Assembly (NCBI GenBank): GCA_028705495.1
Contig: JAQWDK010000008.1
Span: forward strand, 1,034-65,033
From: Eubacteriales bacterium
GTDB taxonomy: Bacteria; Bacillota; Clostridia; Oscillospirales; CAG-382
Direction of reading: 5' to 3'
Length of the DNA: 64,000 nt
This document shows, in pieces, positions 45,396-55,498 of this stretch. The position numbers and the translations under genes were made by a program. Under the pieces are notes generated by a model. It made no database searches. It was not told where the DNA came from and saw only the letters and a list, made by a program, of their open reading frames with translations. Every line of letters begins with the position of its first letter. Within the stretch, counting starts at the first letter, position 1.

Positions 45396-45501
45396 TTCGA
45401 CAACAACAGCTCATATTGGTATTTTGTTGACACCAAAAAAGAAATTTAATTGGTTTTATTTGGAATTTGTTATTGACTCTTTTGGAAGATTATGGTATTA
45501 T
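45396..45501 (+). promoter_or_regulatory. spo0A upstream region: 0A-box-like element and extended -10 sigma-A-type promoter
   Basis: TTCGACA (45396-45402) is the reverse complement of TGTCGAA. TTGACT (45473-45478), 17 nt spacer, TATTAT (45496-45501), preceded by TGG. Confidence 0.5.
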
Positions 45502-45632
45502 GTATTTCACAAGGCGCGCTTACCTTCATAATTTGATTACCGTTTCATAACAGTATGTTATGTATCACAAAACAACATTCCCGCCAAAAATACTTGAGGC
45601 GGAAAATTACATATCATGAAAGGACAGGGGTT

Positions 45633-46421
45633 ATGCAAAAGCTTGAGAACAAACCAAAAGTTATACTCGCCGACAGCAATGCCGAATTTAGGACTCAGTG
45701 TGCGCAAGGTCTGCGCAGATATGGGCTCGACGTCATCGCTGAAGCAGCGGACGGACAGGAGGCTTTTTCAAAAATTATGAGGCTGAAGCCAAACGCCGTC
45801 ATATCCGAGATTTATCTTGCAAAAATGGACGGGGCACAGCTTATTAAGGAGGTTACAAAACAGTTGCCTGAAAAATCGCCGGTTTTTATTATGGCAGCTT
45901 CCTTCGGGAACAGAAATATGTTCGAGGAAGCAAGCGAGGCCGGAGCGGCATACTGTATGCTCAAGCCGATTGATTACAATACTCTATCCGAGAGAATCAT
46001 CAAGCTTTGCGAGCGCGACAGAAAGAAGCACATGATAAAGAATCCATCTGAAGCACAAGCTGATCTTGAGGCTCAAATAACGAAAATAATCCACGAAATC
46101 GGCATACCAGCTCATATTAAGGGCTACAAATTCCTACGCTCGGCAATACTTATGTGTGTTAACAACCCGAACCTCACAAATGCGATAACAAAAGTGGTCT
46201 ATCCGACTGTCGCCGAGGAATTCTTCACAACTCCTTCAAGAGTTGAGAGAGCTGTACGGCACTCAATTGAAGTCGCGTTCGACCGCGGAAACATAAAAGT
46301 TCTGACTGAATATTTTGGTTATACGATAAACCTCTCAAGAGGAAAACCTACTAACGCCGAATTTATCGCAATGATAGCTGACAATCTGAGAATGGCAAAT
46401 AAATCGCTTTTATTTGTATAA
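45633..46421 (+). CDS. spo0A: sporulation transcription factor Spo0A
   Basis: A receiver domain (ILADSNAEF...D...) plus a C-terminal domain with the signature TTPSRVERAVRHSIEVAF and GKPTNAEFIAMIAD. Confidence 0.95.
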   Translation: MQKLENKPKVILADSNAEFRTQCAQGLRRYGLDVIAEAADGQEAFSKIMRLKPNAVISEIYLAKMDGAQLIKEVTKQLPEKSPVFIMAASFGNRNMFEEASEAGAAYCMLKPIDYNTLSERIIKLCERDRKKHMIKNPSEAQADLEAQITKIIHEIGIPAHIKGYKFLRSAILMCVNNPNLTNAITKVVYPTVAEEFFTTPSRVERAVRHSIEVAFDRGNIKVLTEYFGYTINLSRGKPTNAEFIAMIADNLRMANKSLLFV

Positions 46422-46440
46422 TATTATGTAAAAAAGTATC

Positions 46441-46474
46441 CCCCGGACAGCCTGCGCTCGCGCACTGTCCGGGG
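46441..46474. terminator. bidirectional terminator between spo0A and the V-ATPase operon
   Basis: CCCCGGACAG...CTGTCCGGGG followed by TTTT. Confidence 0.7.
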
Positions 46475-46479
46475 TTTTG

Positions 46480-47106
46480 CTAATTCTTCAATTTCTGCTT
46501 TTTGTTCTTCACCATTTTCATAGAAAAGAACTGCTCACGTTCCTTCTCTTCAAGGTAGTCGGCAATATATTTAACCTGCTCGGCAAGTTGTGGAATTATA
46601 ATATTCTTCAAAGCATTTGCTCTTTTCTGTGCTTGCTTTATAGCAAAGGCAAGGCGGTATACGCTATTTTCTATCGCTGCTTGATGTACCGCAAGCATTC
46701 GTGCTTCGTTGAACTTGATATAGAGGTTGTCTATATACGAGTCAGTACGTTTCACTCCGTAAACGATATTTTTTTGATAGTCGCTATCGACAACTTCAGG
46801 AATTTCCACACCCATAACACTGCGTGTTCTAACAGTTAAGCCATCTCTAAGTGGTAATATGCTTGCAATTTCCATCACATTATTCTGCCCGGTGGAAAAG
46901 TTCGCTTCTATCAGTGCTTCGTATGCTTCTTCAAAGGCGGCGTTTGAGCTCTCTTGTATATCCGCTGCTTCTCCTGCAAGTACGATCATTTCACGGAGCA
47001 TTATATTGCGCTTGCGGTCGAGGAGTTCATAACCTAATTTCGCAAGTGCAAGCTGTTTTTTTATAGCAATCAGATTGCCTTTCGTTGGTATGATGCGGTT
47101 GCTCAT
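46480..47106 (-). CDS. ntpD: V-type ATP synthase subunit D
   Basis: 208 aa coiled-coil. PTKGNLIAIKKQLALAKLGYELLDRKRNIL pattern. Confidence 0.9.
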   Translation of the reverse strand: MSNRIIPTKGNLIAIKKQLALAKLGYELLDRKRNIMLREMIVLAGEAADIQESSNAAFEEAYEALIEANFSTGQNNVMEIASILPLRDGLTVRTRSVMGVEIPEVVDSDYQKNIVYGVKRTDSYIDNLYIKFNEARMLAVHQAAIENSVYRLAFAIKQAQKRANALKNIIIPQLAEQVKYIADYLEEKEREQFFSMKMVKNKKQKLKN

Positions 47107-47124
47107 TCCCGTTCCTTTCTTTTG

Positions 47125-48504
47125 TTATTCTTCTGATGCTGTCTTAATAAAGCTGTTTATTTCTTTTTCTCCTAAACGGTCAAGCTCGGAAATCGGCAAC
47201 ATCCTCAGAAGCTCCCATCCTAAGTTGAGTGTTTGATCAATACTTCTGTTTACATTGAAACCTTGGTTTAGAAAACGCTCTTCAAATGCTCTGCCGAATT
47301 TTAAATACTGCTTATCAACAGGCGATAGGTCTTCCTCTCCGATTACCGAAGCGAGAGAGCGTGCGTCGCTGACTCTTGAATAAGACGAATATAGCTGGTT
47401 TGAGCAAGCAAAATGGTCGCCCCTTGTATAATTCTCACCGATACCGTCCTTCATAAGTCTTGAAAGCGACATCAGAATAGAGACAGGGGGATAAACGCCC
47501 CTCTGTGATAGTTCTCGGTCAAGTACGATCTGTCCCTCTGTGATATAGCCTGTGAGGTCAGGAACTGGGTGGGTAATATCATCATTAGGCATCGTAAGAA
47601 TCGGAATCTGAGTAACAGATCCTTTGATTCCCTTGATTTTACCCGCTCTTTCATAAATCGAAGCAAGTTTGGAGTACAAATAACCCGGATAGCCCTTTCT
47701 GCCTGGCACTTCCCCTTTTGCGGAGGACAGTTCACGCAGTGCTTCCGCATAGGATGTCATATCCGTCATGATTACAAGGATATCCATGCCAAGCTCAAAT
47801 GCAAGATATTCTGCCGCTGTAAGTGCACATCTTGGCGTTAATACACGTTCAATAATCGGGTCATTAGCTACATTAAGGAACATAACGACCCTCTCGAGTA
47901 CACCGCTTTCTTCAAAGCTACGGATAAAATACTGTGCCACGTCGTTTTTGACACCCATTGCTGCAAAAACGATACCATAACCCGCACCACGAACATTCGC
48001 TTGTTTTACTATCTGAACTGCAAGTTCATTATGCAGCATACCCGAGCCTGAGAAAATAGGCAGCTTCTGTCCTTTTATCAAAGTTGTAAGACCGTCAATA
48101 GCCGATATACCTGTATGGATATAGTCATGGGGATATTCTCTTGAAACAGGGTTTATTGGGCTTCCATTTATGTCAAGTTTTTTTGATGAACGGATAGCTC
48201 CGAGACCATCTTTCGGCCGTCCAGCACCGTCGAATACTCGGCCAAGTATATTTGGAGAAACGGCGAGTTCCATCGGTCTTCCGGTAAATCTTGTTCTTGT
48301 GTTCTGAAGCGAAATTCCTTCTGTAGTGTCGAACATCTGAATGATTGCAGTGTCGCCTTCTATGGCAATTACACGTCCCGCTCGCTTTTCTGTTTCATGA
48401 AAAACAAGCTCCACAGTTTCTTCGTATGCTACGCCTTTAACACCTTCGACTGCAACAAGAGGTCCGTTTATGCTTTTAAGACCGACATATTCTATATTCA
48501 TCAA
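47125..48504 (-). CDS. ntpB: V-type ATP synthase subunit B
   Basis: 459 aa. ...[13 protein letters not shown]..., [24 protein letters not shown]. Confidence 0.95.
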   Translation of the reverse strand: MMNIEYVGLKSINGPLVAVEGVKGVAYEETVELVFHETEKRAGRVIAIEGDTAIIQMFDTTEGISLQNTRTRFTGRPMELAVSPNILGRVFDGAGRPKDGLGAIRSSKKLDINGSPINPVSREYPHDYIHTGISAIDGLTTLIKGQKLPIFSGSGMLHNELAVQIVKQANVRGAGYGIVFAAMGVKNDVAQYFIRSFEESGVLERVVMFLNVANDPIIERVLTPRCALTAAEYLAFELGMDILVIMTDMTSYAEALRELSSAKGEVPGRKGYPGYLYSKLASIYERAGKIKGIKGSVTQIPILTMPNDDITHPVPDLTGYITEGQIVLDRELSQRGVYPPVSILMSLSRLMKDGIGENYTRGDHFACSNQLYSSYSRVSDARSLASVIGEEDLSPVDKQYLKFGRAFEERFLNQGFNVNRSIDQTLNLGWELLRMLPISELDRLGEKEINSFIKTASEE

Positions 48505-48547
48505 AGCACCACTCTCCTCTCGGTAACTAAATTTTTATTAAAACTCA

Positions 48548-50326
48548 TTATCTGTACCTCTCTTCGACTTCCCCAAGTCTGTGGGTTATGTCGCTCCACA
48601 GTACGGTGAAGCCGCCGAGGTCGTCATTCGGTATCTCATATTTCGCCTTTATCATAAGCTCATAAACGCCGCTGTCCCTTATAACGGATTGCGGTATTTG
48701 TAATTTTAACAGCTCTTTAGTTTTTTCATATAACATAGAGCAGTATTTCATCATATTAAACTGCTTTTCCAGCGGAACATAGCTGTCTATAGGACTTGTA
48801 GCATTCTGCTGTAAGAATCCGGCTCTAATTAATCTTGCGATATCAAGCACCGCTTTTTGCTCGTCTGCAAGCAGGTCTGCTCCGATGAGTTTTACAATAT
48901 CCATTAGCGAAGATTCTTCCGCAAGGAGTCGAATCATTTCTTCACGGTATTTTGAATATTCTGTTCCAAACTTTTCATTAAACCATTCCTGAAGCTCTCC
49001 GGCATATTCGCTATAGCTAATGTTCCAGTTTACAGCTGGGTAATGCCTTGAGTAAGCAAGAGATTTGTCGAGCGCCCAGAAACATCTTATAAAACGCTTT
49101 GTATTCTGTGTAACAGGCTCGGAAAAGTCATTTCCCTGAGGTGAAACTGCTCCTATAATCGTAACAGAACCAGTTCTTCCTCCGAGCGTTTCATAAAGAC
49201 CCGCTCTTTCATAGAACGCAGAAAGACGTGACGGCAAATAAGCCGGGAAACCCTCTTCTGCGGGCATTTCCTCAAGACGACCGGATATCTCACGCAGAGC
49301 TTCTGCCCAGCGGGATGTTGAGTCAGCCATAACTGCAACATGGTAACCCATGTCTCTATAATATTCTGCTAGTGTTACGCCCGAATATATCGACGCTTCA
49401 CGAGCAGCGACAGGCATATTTGATGTATTTGCAATCAAAATTGTTCTTTCGAGCATGCTTTTACCCGTTCTTGGGTCGATGAGCTCAGAAAATTCTTCTA
49501 ACACCTGAGTCATCTCATTGCCGCGTTCTCCACATCCGATGTAAACTATCAAATCGGCATCGCTCCATTTTGCAAGCTGATGCTGAAGCATCGTTTTTCC
49601 TGCACCAAAACCTCCGGGTATAGCTGCGGCTCCACCTTTTACAATTGGGAACAACGTGTCAATAACACGCTGCCCGGTTAATAGCGGAACCTTCGGCGGC
49701 AGTCTCTTCTTTACGCGTCTCGGCTTTCTAATCGGCCACTTACTCAGCATCGACAACTTAAAAATGCTGCCTTCATCACTCTCTATTTCGCAAATTGTTT
49801 CTTTTGCTACACGGCTTCCATTCTCGCAAACCCATTTAATTTTTCCATGTATTCCGTCAGGAACAATGAAACGATGTTCAATTATTGAACTTTCTTGAAC
49901 CGTCGCATAGATATCGCCTTCATCTACTCTGTCTCCAACCTTTACCTTTAGTGTTATATCCCAAGCTCTATTTCCATCAACACTTGGAATATTTACACCT
50001 CTTCCAATATAAGAACCGGTTGCTTTTTCTATTTTATCAAAAGGGCGGCAGATACCGTCGTAAATTCCCGAAAGAAGTCCAGGCCCGAGAGTTACGGAGA
50101 GAGGGTTTTTTGTTCGAGTTATTGGGTCTCCCGCTTTCAAACCAGTTGTGTTTTCAAAAACCTGTATTATTGTTTCATCGGTTGAGACCGCGCTGACTTC
50201 GCCGATGAGGTGTTCCTCACCGACATAGACCATCTCGTTTATGAAAAGGGTTGTTTCACCTTCTATTTTTACAATCGGTCCCGAAATCGAATAAATTTCC
50301 ATGTTCATTTTATCGTATGTCTGCAT
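48548..50326 (-). CDS. ntpA: V-type ATP synthase subunit A
   Basis: 592 aa. Walker A GGFGAGKT, ADSTSRWAEALREISGRLEEMP. Confidence 0.95.
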   Translation of the reverse strand: MQTYDKMNMEIYSISGPIVKIEGETTLFINEMVYVGEEHLIGEVSAVSTDETIIQVFENTTGLKAGDPITRTKNPLSVTLGPGLLSGIYDGICRPFDKIEKATGSYIGRGVNIPSVDGNRAWDITLKVKVGDRVDEGDIYATVQESSIIEHRFIVPDGIHGKIKWVCENGSRVAKETICEIESDEGSIFKLSMLSKWPIRKPRRVKKRLPPKVPLLTGQRVIDTLFPIVKGGAAAIPGGFGAGKTMLQHQLAKWSDADLIVYIGCGERGNEMTQVLEEFSELIDPRTGKSMLERTILIANTSNMPVAAREASIYSGVTLAEYYRDMGYHVAVMADSTSRWAEALREISGRLEEMPAEEGFPAYLPSRLSAFYERAGLYETLGGRTGSVTIIGAVSPQGNDFSEPVTQNTKRFIRCFWALDKSLAYSRHYPAVNWNISYSEYAGELQEWFNEKFGTEYSKYREEMIRLLAEESSLMDIVKLIGADLLADEQKAVLDIARLIRAGFLQQNATSPIDSYVPLEKQFNMMKYCSMLYEKTKELLKLQIPQSVIRDSGVYELMIKAKYEIPNDDLGGFTVLWSDITHRLGEVEERYR

Positions 50327-50378
50327 ACGCTAAAAGCGCAGCAAGCTCCTTTGTTCCCATATCATAGCAACGAACTGT

Positions 50379-50990
50379 TTACACTATGTCGTCAAGCTCT
50401 ATTTCAGCAAGCGCACGTTCAATCCTGCTTTCAAGCGTTTCGTTAATCATAACTGAACCCTCGTCATTACAGCTTCGCAGTCCTCCGAGTTTTATAGCCG
50501 ACTCCTCAAGAATTTCAGCATTTGCTCCGAATTTTTCATAAATGCGCTGCTTTATTGCATCAGCATATTTCATATCATCAGTAGAAATATAGAATATCCC
50601 CGTCTCTGCCGCTCTGTAAGCATTTTCAGCAAGATTCATCAGAAATTCAGCATAAACTTCACTTTTTGTAAAGTCTTTTACCTTGATGCTGAGCTTGTTG
50701 TATAACTCTCGGCCGAATTCTTCCCTGATACGAAGCAGCTCAAATCTGCGCTCAAGAGAACGCTTTGAGCGCTCTTTATCAATCAGTTCATCTTCTTTTG
50801 AACGCGCATCGGCAATATAGGCTTCTGTTTCAACTTCAAGAGACTTTTTAGCTTTACTAAAAAACTCTTCCCTATCCTTTTCGATCTCAATTCTAATCCC
50901 GGACTCATCTGTTTGTGCAAGCTCAGAAATTCGCCTGATAAAGAAGTCAAGTTTTTCAGATTGCGTAAAAACAACTTTTTGTTTATCCAT
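50379..50990 (-). CDS. ntpE: V-type ATP synthase subunit E
   Basis: 203 aa with a charged coiled-coil N-terminus and a globular C-terminus. Call supported by its position in the operon. Confidence 0.75.
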   Translation of the reverse strand: MDKQKVVFTQSEKLDFFIRRISELAQTDESGIRIEIEKDREEFFSKAKKSLEVETEAYIADARSKEDELIDKERSKRSLERRFELLRIREEFGRELYNKLSIKVKDFTKSEVYAEFLMNLAENAYRAAETGIFYISTDDMKYADAIKQRIYEKFGANAEILEESAIKLGGLRSCNDEGSVMINETLESRIERALAEIELDDIV

Positions 50991-51014
50991 TTAATTTAAA
51001 CCGATATCACAAAT

Positions 51015-51371
51015 CTATGTTCGGTTTTCCTCCTTCCGGGATTCTTTGCTACCAGGTTGTTTACCTAACTTCAGACCAATTGAGTGCTCTATAAAGTCAA
51101 GAATTGAGCCTCGTTCCCTGCCGGCACCGTGTCTGTCAGGGATTTCAAGAATAAGCGGCATCGGATTGCGCTCCATAAAATCGCTGAGCTGATCACCGCA
51201 CAGTTCCATAAGCTTTGATGTAATTAATATGACTGCATAGCTCTTGTCTGCTGCAAGTTCAGACACCTTCGCCATTACATCATCTTTGGTATGCAGAGCA
51301 CTTCCTTCGACACCAGCAAAACGCATCCCTAAAAGGGTGTCGCTATTGTCGCTCAAAAGATACATCTTCAT
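51015..51371 (-). CDS. V-type ATP synthase subunit F
   Basis: 118 aa. MYLLSDNSDTLLGMRFAGVEG is typical of subunit F. Confidence 0.8.
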   Translation of the reverse strand: MKMYLLSDNSDTLLGMRFAGVEGSALHTKDDVMAKVSELAADKSYAVILITSKLMELCGDQLSDFMERNPMPLILEIPDRHGAGRERGSILDFIEHSIGLKLGKQPGSKESRKEENRT

Positions 51372-51381
51372 AATTTTTTCC

Positions 51382-51855
51382 TTAGAGAAGTGATAAAATC
51401 TGAAGAGATATAATCATACCGTAAAGTGCAACACCTTCTGCAAGTGCGACGAAGATAATCGCTTTACCAAAGGATTGCGGATTTTCGCTAATAGCGCCAA
51501 TTGCAGCAGCGGCACTTGAAGCGACGGCAGTACCGGCACCGATACAAGAAGCACCGGTTGAAAAAGCAGCTGCAAGCATACCAAGACCTGCGCCTACGGA
51601 GATACCCGCGAGCCCGCCTGCATTTTCTTCATTAGCGGCTTCGCCTTCTACAGTTGAATTATCAGCTTCAGCAGCTAAAACAGTTTGACTGAAAGCAAAC
51701 GCACTGCCTATGATGACAAAGCTAAAAACAAGTGCGATGTTTACATAAAGAGCGATCTTTTTTCCACGCTGTGTTTTTATTACACCCGTTGCAGCAAGGA
51801 TTGTGGGGATTAGTGCGATTATAAAAAACAGTATTGGTATAATGACGTTAGACAT
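51382..51855 (-). CDS. ntpK: V-type ATP synthase subunit K (proteolipid c-ring)
   Basis: 157 aa. Gly/Ala-rich double hairpin; the second hairpin carries E in IFVALAEGVALYG. Confidence 0.85.
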   Translation of the reverse strand: MSNVIIPILFFIIALIPTILAATGVIKTQRGKKIALYVNIALVFSFVIIGSAFAFSQTVLAAEADNSTVEGEAANEENAGGLAGISVGAGLGMLAAAFSTGASCIGAGTAVASSAAAAIGAISENPQSFGKAIIFVALAEGVALYGMIISLQILSLL

Positions 51856-51893
51856 AAGATTTTCCTCTCAAATAAATATATTTTGTTATTTCT

Positions 51894-53801
51894 TTAGCGT
51901 GTGTAATCCTTGACTTCATGTCCTTCGCCTTCGTAAAAGCGAGAAAACAGTTCGTAAAATTCCAGTCTTAGTACCTGGATGCTGACGACAAGTCCTTCAA
52001 GAGCCATAACTAATAGGTTACCGCCTATAATTATTGCAATGCGCACAGCGCCAGATTGCTGATTTGCAATCATAAAGACAACTGCCATCATGCTCGCATG
52101 TGATAAAGCAAATGCACCGATTCTTATAAAGGAAATTGTGTTTGTAATATAGCTTAGTATTATTTCAAAAAGCTCAAAGAAATTTTCTACAGCAGCTTCT
52201 CCAGCCTTCTCAGGCTTCCAGTCTTTTCTGCCTGCTATAAGCTTCGATAGCGGTTCTCTTGCAAACATCATGAAAAGGCTGACAGCTATCGCTATTTTAA
52301 GAACATCAGACGGTATTCCAAAACTTCCAATACCGAGCATATCGATAGCTAAAATCAGAACAGACCAGTAAAAGATAACCCCTGCGATACCGTTTGGTGA
52401 AAACAAAAATTTCTCGTAGTTCTTTTGCCTTATGCCGTTTATGATGTTCAGAATCGAACATACCGTTATCATCAGAGCACCGATCGCGACAGCGGAGATT
52501 AGAATTGTATTGACATTTTCCATCGGTTTGAAGCCATGTATAATCTCTTCATCTCCGAAGATGGAGCCATAAAAGAAGCCAAATCCGATTGAGAATAAGC
52601 CGATTATGGAAAGAATGCTGCCGAATTTCAGGTTCATAAATTTCTTTGCTGCAAGTCCGGCAAGTACAAGCACAGCACCCTGACCGACATCGCCGAACAT
52701 CATACCGAAAAATATCGAATATGTTATCGCGACAAATGGTGTCGGATCGATTTCATTGTAGGACGGCAGTCCGTACATTTCGACAAACTGCTGAAAAGGT
52801 CTAAATATCCGAAGGTTTTTGAGCACAACCGGCGGTTCATTTACATCATCTGCTTCAAATGATTGTACAGAGATTTCTACGCCCGCTCCTTTAAGATCAT
52901 TCCTTAGTTCATCAAACAAATGATTGTTAGCCCAACCATAGAAAGTATAATTTTTATCGTTGATTATCAGTACTTTTTTCTTTATTTCAAAAGCTCTTGC
53001 AAGTACTGAAAGGTAATCACCGCACTCCGAAAGTTCTTTGTAAACATCAGCCGCATAATCATGAAACTTTTTCTTTGCCTCTTCGTACATTTTTGTCTGC
53101 TGTGCTATTTCCACCTCAAGTTCGTGAATGCTCTCGGAAGGTAGACTGTCAGCTTTTGATGGCAGACGCACTCTCTTAAAGCCGAGTGTTGCAAAAACCT
53201 TGTCATTTTCTGCGCTGGAGTCTCTGAGTGTCAGGTACATTCCCCAAACGAATTCCTTTTCTATAGAAGAAGGTAGAAAAATTGCACTTTGGATACTACC
53301 GATATAGACCTCGAATCTATCATAGTTCTCGCGCGGGAGATAACCGAAGCGAATCTTTATATATTCAAATTCATAAAGCTCTCGTAAGGGAGTGTTGATA
53401 CTTTGAAGATGACTTAGCTGTTCCTTCAAAATTTTATTTTCTTCGAGTTTCTTTTGTAGATTTTTAACATCACACTCAAAATCCGAAAGCTTTTGTTCCA
53501 TCTCTCGAAGGTAATCTGCGTATTGTTCCGAACTACTGAAAACCGGAACAGCGCAAGAGCTATTATTAAGCTCGCTCGGGAGAAACAAGCTATTTATCTC
53601 CTCAAGCAGCGATTTCACCTTTGCTTTAAGTGTAATATATGGATTTGTTTCACCTGGGGCTATATAACGCCTGAAAGTGCCGACACTGCCGGGTGGCTCT
53701 TCAAGGTAAAATTCTTCTGCTGAAGCACAACGAAGGACAGCTGTTTCCAAACTTTCCTTGCTACCGCTAACAGTCGCTAACTTTTGTTTAACTACCGCCA
53801 T
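51894..53801 (-). CDS. ntpI: V-type ATP synthase subunit I
   Basis: 635 aa. Cytoplasmic coiled-coil N-terminal half plus a polytopic C-terminal half containing SFIRIGAFALSH. Confidence 0.9.
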   Translation of the reverse strand: MAVVKQKLATVSGSKESLETAVLRCASAEEFYLEEPPGSVGTFRRYIAPGETNPYITLKAKVKSLLEEINSLFLPSELNNSSCAVPVFSSSEQYADYLREMEQKLSDFECDVKNLQKKLEENKILKEQLSHLQSINTPLRELYEFEYIKIRFGYLPRENYDRFEVYIGSIQSAIFLPSSIEKEFVWGMYLTLRDSSAENDKVFATLGFKRVRLPSKADSLPSESIHELEVEIAQQTKMYEEAKKKFHDYAADVYKELSECGDYLSVLARAFEIKKKVLIINDKNYTFYGWANNHLFDELRNDLKGAGVEISVQSFEADDVNEPPVVLKNLRIFRPFQQFVEMYGLPSYNEIDPTPFVAITYSIFFGMMFGDVGQGAVLVLAGLAAKKFMNLKFGSILSIIGLFSIGFGFFYGSIFGDEEIIHGFKPMENVNTILISAVAIGALMITVCSILNIINGIRQKNYEKFLFSPNGIAGVIFYWSVLILAIDMLGIGSFGIPSDVLKIAIAVSLFMMFAREPLSKLIAGRKDWKPEKAGEAAVENFFELFEIILSYITNTISFIRIGAFALSHASMMAVVFMIANQQSGAVRIAIIIGGNLLVMALEGLVVSIQVLRLEFYELFSRFYEGEGHEVKDYTR

Positions 53802-53833
53802 TTTGGTTCCCTTTCATGGAGTTTAGGTATTTT

Positions 53834-54877
53834 CTATATATTGTGTGTTATGATTTTTTCTATAATTCTATCGGGTGGTATTCCGTAGCGGATGCCTTCG
53901 ATAACGTGGATCAGATTTTTAACTTCAAGTTCCTTTAACGACAGGTATGCAAAAGGATGCTCAAATGAAGGAGTGGCGCTGTTCATCAGTCTTCGGTAAT
54001 ATACATTTAAAAAATTATCTGTGAATTCAGCCGTAGAGATTTTAGCTTCTTCAGGTACGAGCTTATGGTATTTTGAAGCTCGTAAATAGGTTAAAAACTC
54101 TTCTTTGTTCATATTACACAGCATAATATATTCGCGCCTGTCTCTGCCTCCTTTTATGCTCAGAAGATAGGGAATAATCATATCTGCTTTTGCTTCAAAT
54201 GATACAGTAAGGCGAAGAATGGTTGATATGTTTATTAAGTCAATAGTTAAATGTAAGAGCTTCTTAATACTATCAGCTGCTGGTCCGCTTCTCTTTTCCG
54301 CGTACTGATTGTAGATATGGTTGTAATACTCGTTATAAAGCCCAACCTCAAGAGAGGCATGGTCAAGCTTTCCGTCATGGAGTGTGCTTTTATATATACG
54401 GTGATATCTTGTTCCTTCAAGTGCTTCCCCGAGCTGCTCAAGTGACTGAGCTGCACTGACTTTCAGCATATCTACCTCTGAATGGGCAATATTCAATGCT
54501 GCAATCTCGTTGTCTTCAGATGATGGTTTTGGGTTACTTAAGCTTAGTGCCTGATGAAGAATGTAGTCGATATTGTATTTACGCATTGTATCACCGATAA
54601 ATTCGCGCATTTCACCGTTCGTGAACACATAAAGTGATTTATAGCTTCTCATCATGTTAGCATAAAGGATTTCTTCAAGCTCCGCTCTCTTGATTTCGTT
54701 TATATTAACACCCTTCAAGTCATCTGCGTAGTCGGAATTGTGCATCAGGTATGCTGCAACCGCTCCAACACTTTTCATGTTTGCAAGTGCGCTGTAGTCA
54801 GAATCTTTAAGGAGTGTTGCGAATTTTGCACGGCATTTCGCAAAAACCGCAGCGTATTGCATTGTCGCCGACTTCAT
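53834..54877 (-). CDS. ntpC: V-type ATP synthase subunit C (d-type)
   Basis: 347 aa all-helical protein, positioned upstream of subunit I. Confidence 0.8.
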   Translation of the reverse strand: MKSATMQYAAVFAKCRAKFATLLKDSDYSALANMKSVGAVAAYLMHNSDYADDLKGVNINEIKRAELEEILYANMMRSYKSLYVFTNGEMREFIGDTMRKYNIDYILHQALSLSNPKPSSEDNEIAALNIAHSEVDMLKVSAAQSLEQLGEALEGTRYHRIYKSTLHDGKLDHASLEVGLYNEYYNHIYNQYAEKRSGPAADSIKKLLHLTIDLINISTILRLTVSFEAKADMIIPYLLSIKGGRDRREYIMLCNMNKEEFLTYLRASKYHKLVPEEAKISTAEFTDNFLNVYYRRLMNSATPSFEHPFAYLSLKELEVKNLIHVIEGIRYGIPPDRIIEKIITHNI

Positions 54878-54912
54878 TCGTAAATCTCCTTTCGGTTTCT
54901 ATTAAAAAGTAA

Positions 54913-55236
54913 TCAAATTTTATCGTCAGAACCAATAACACGGGAAAATAGGATTTTCATAACTTCATCAGAAACTTCGGCGAATCTCTTTCTCATCTTC
55001 TGTATCTCCGTCTCATGGTTCAATTCAGCTTCTGAGTTTTCCTTTTTAAAAGCTTCAGTTTTCTGTTCTCTTTCTTGAGCAAGCAATGCGTTGATTTCTT
55101 CATACCGCTTCTTTTTCATAAGGCCGAACTCTTTTTCATGAAGTGCTGTCGCCCAATCCCTGTCGAGGGAAGCTTTATCCACAAATTCATGAGCTTTATA
55201 TTCTGCTTCAACTAATTTATTTATGATTTTTTCCAT
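54913..55236 (-). CDS. V-ATPase operon first gene: coiled-coil stator-like (G/H-type) subunit, tentative
   Basis: 107 aa highly charged helical protein at the head of the operon. Confidence 0.5.
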   Translation of the reverse strand: MEKIINKLVEAEYKAHEFVDKASLDRDWATALHEKEFGLMKKKRYEEINALLAQEREQKTEAFKKENSEAELNHETEIQKMRKRFAEVSDEVMKILFSRVIGSDDKI

Positions 55237-55456
55237 AATTCTTGCTTATCCTTTCAAAGGGTGTCGACGCATTCTATTTCTGTAAGGTATATGAACTGTA
55301 AATTTTTCACCTTGTGATTTTATAAAACGTCGGTATTATATCACTTTAAGAATAAAAATGTCGGTTAAATTGTAAATTAATTTATGTGTATTTTTTCTTG
55401 CATAAATCTTGCAATTTTCTTAGGATTTCTAAGGGATATTTGTATTTTGCGCACAA

Positions 55457-55487
55457 AAGCGGCGGTCATGCATAACCGCCGCTTTCT
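55457..55487. terminator. terminator hairpin downstream of the minus-strand SBP gene
   Basis: AAAGCGGCGGT-catgcata-ACCGCCGCTTT. Confidence 0.65.
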
Positions 55488-55498
55488 CTATAGTCTAT

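Noticed and set aside
43422-45632. parS site (TGTTNCACGTGAAACA-like) near parAB
   Set aside because: Only partial matches were seen (for example TGTATTTCACAAG near 45502 and TGTTTCACC near 60146). There is no convincing 16-bp palindrome.
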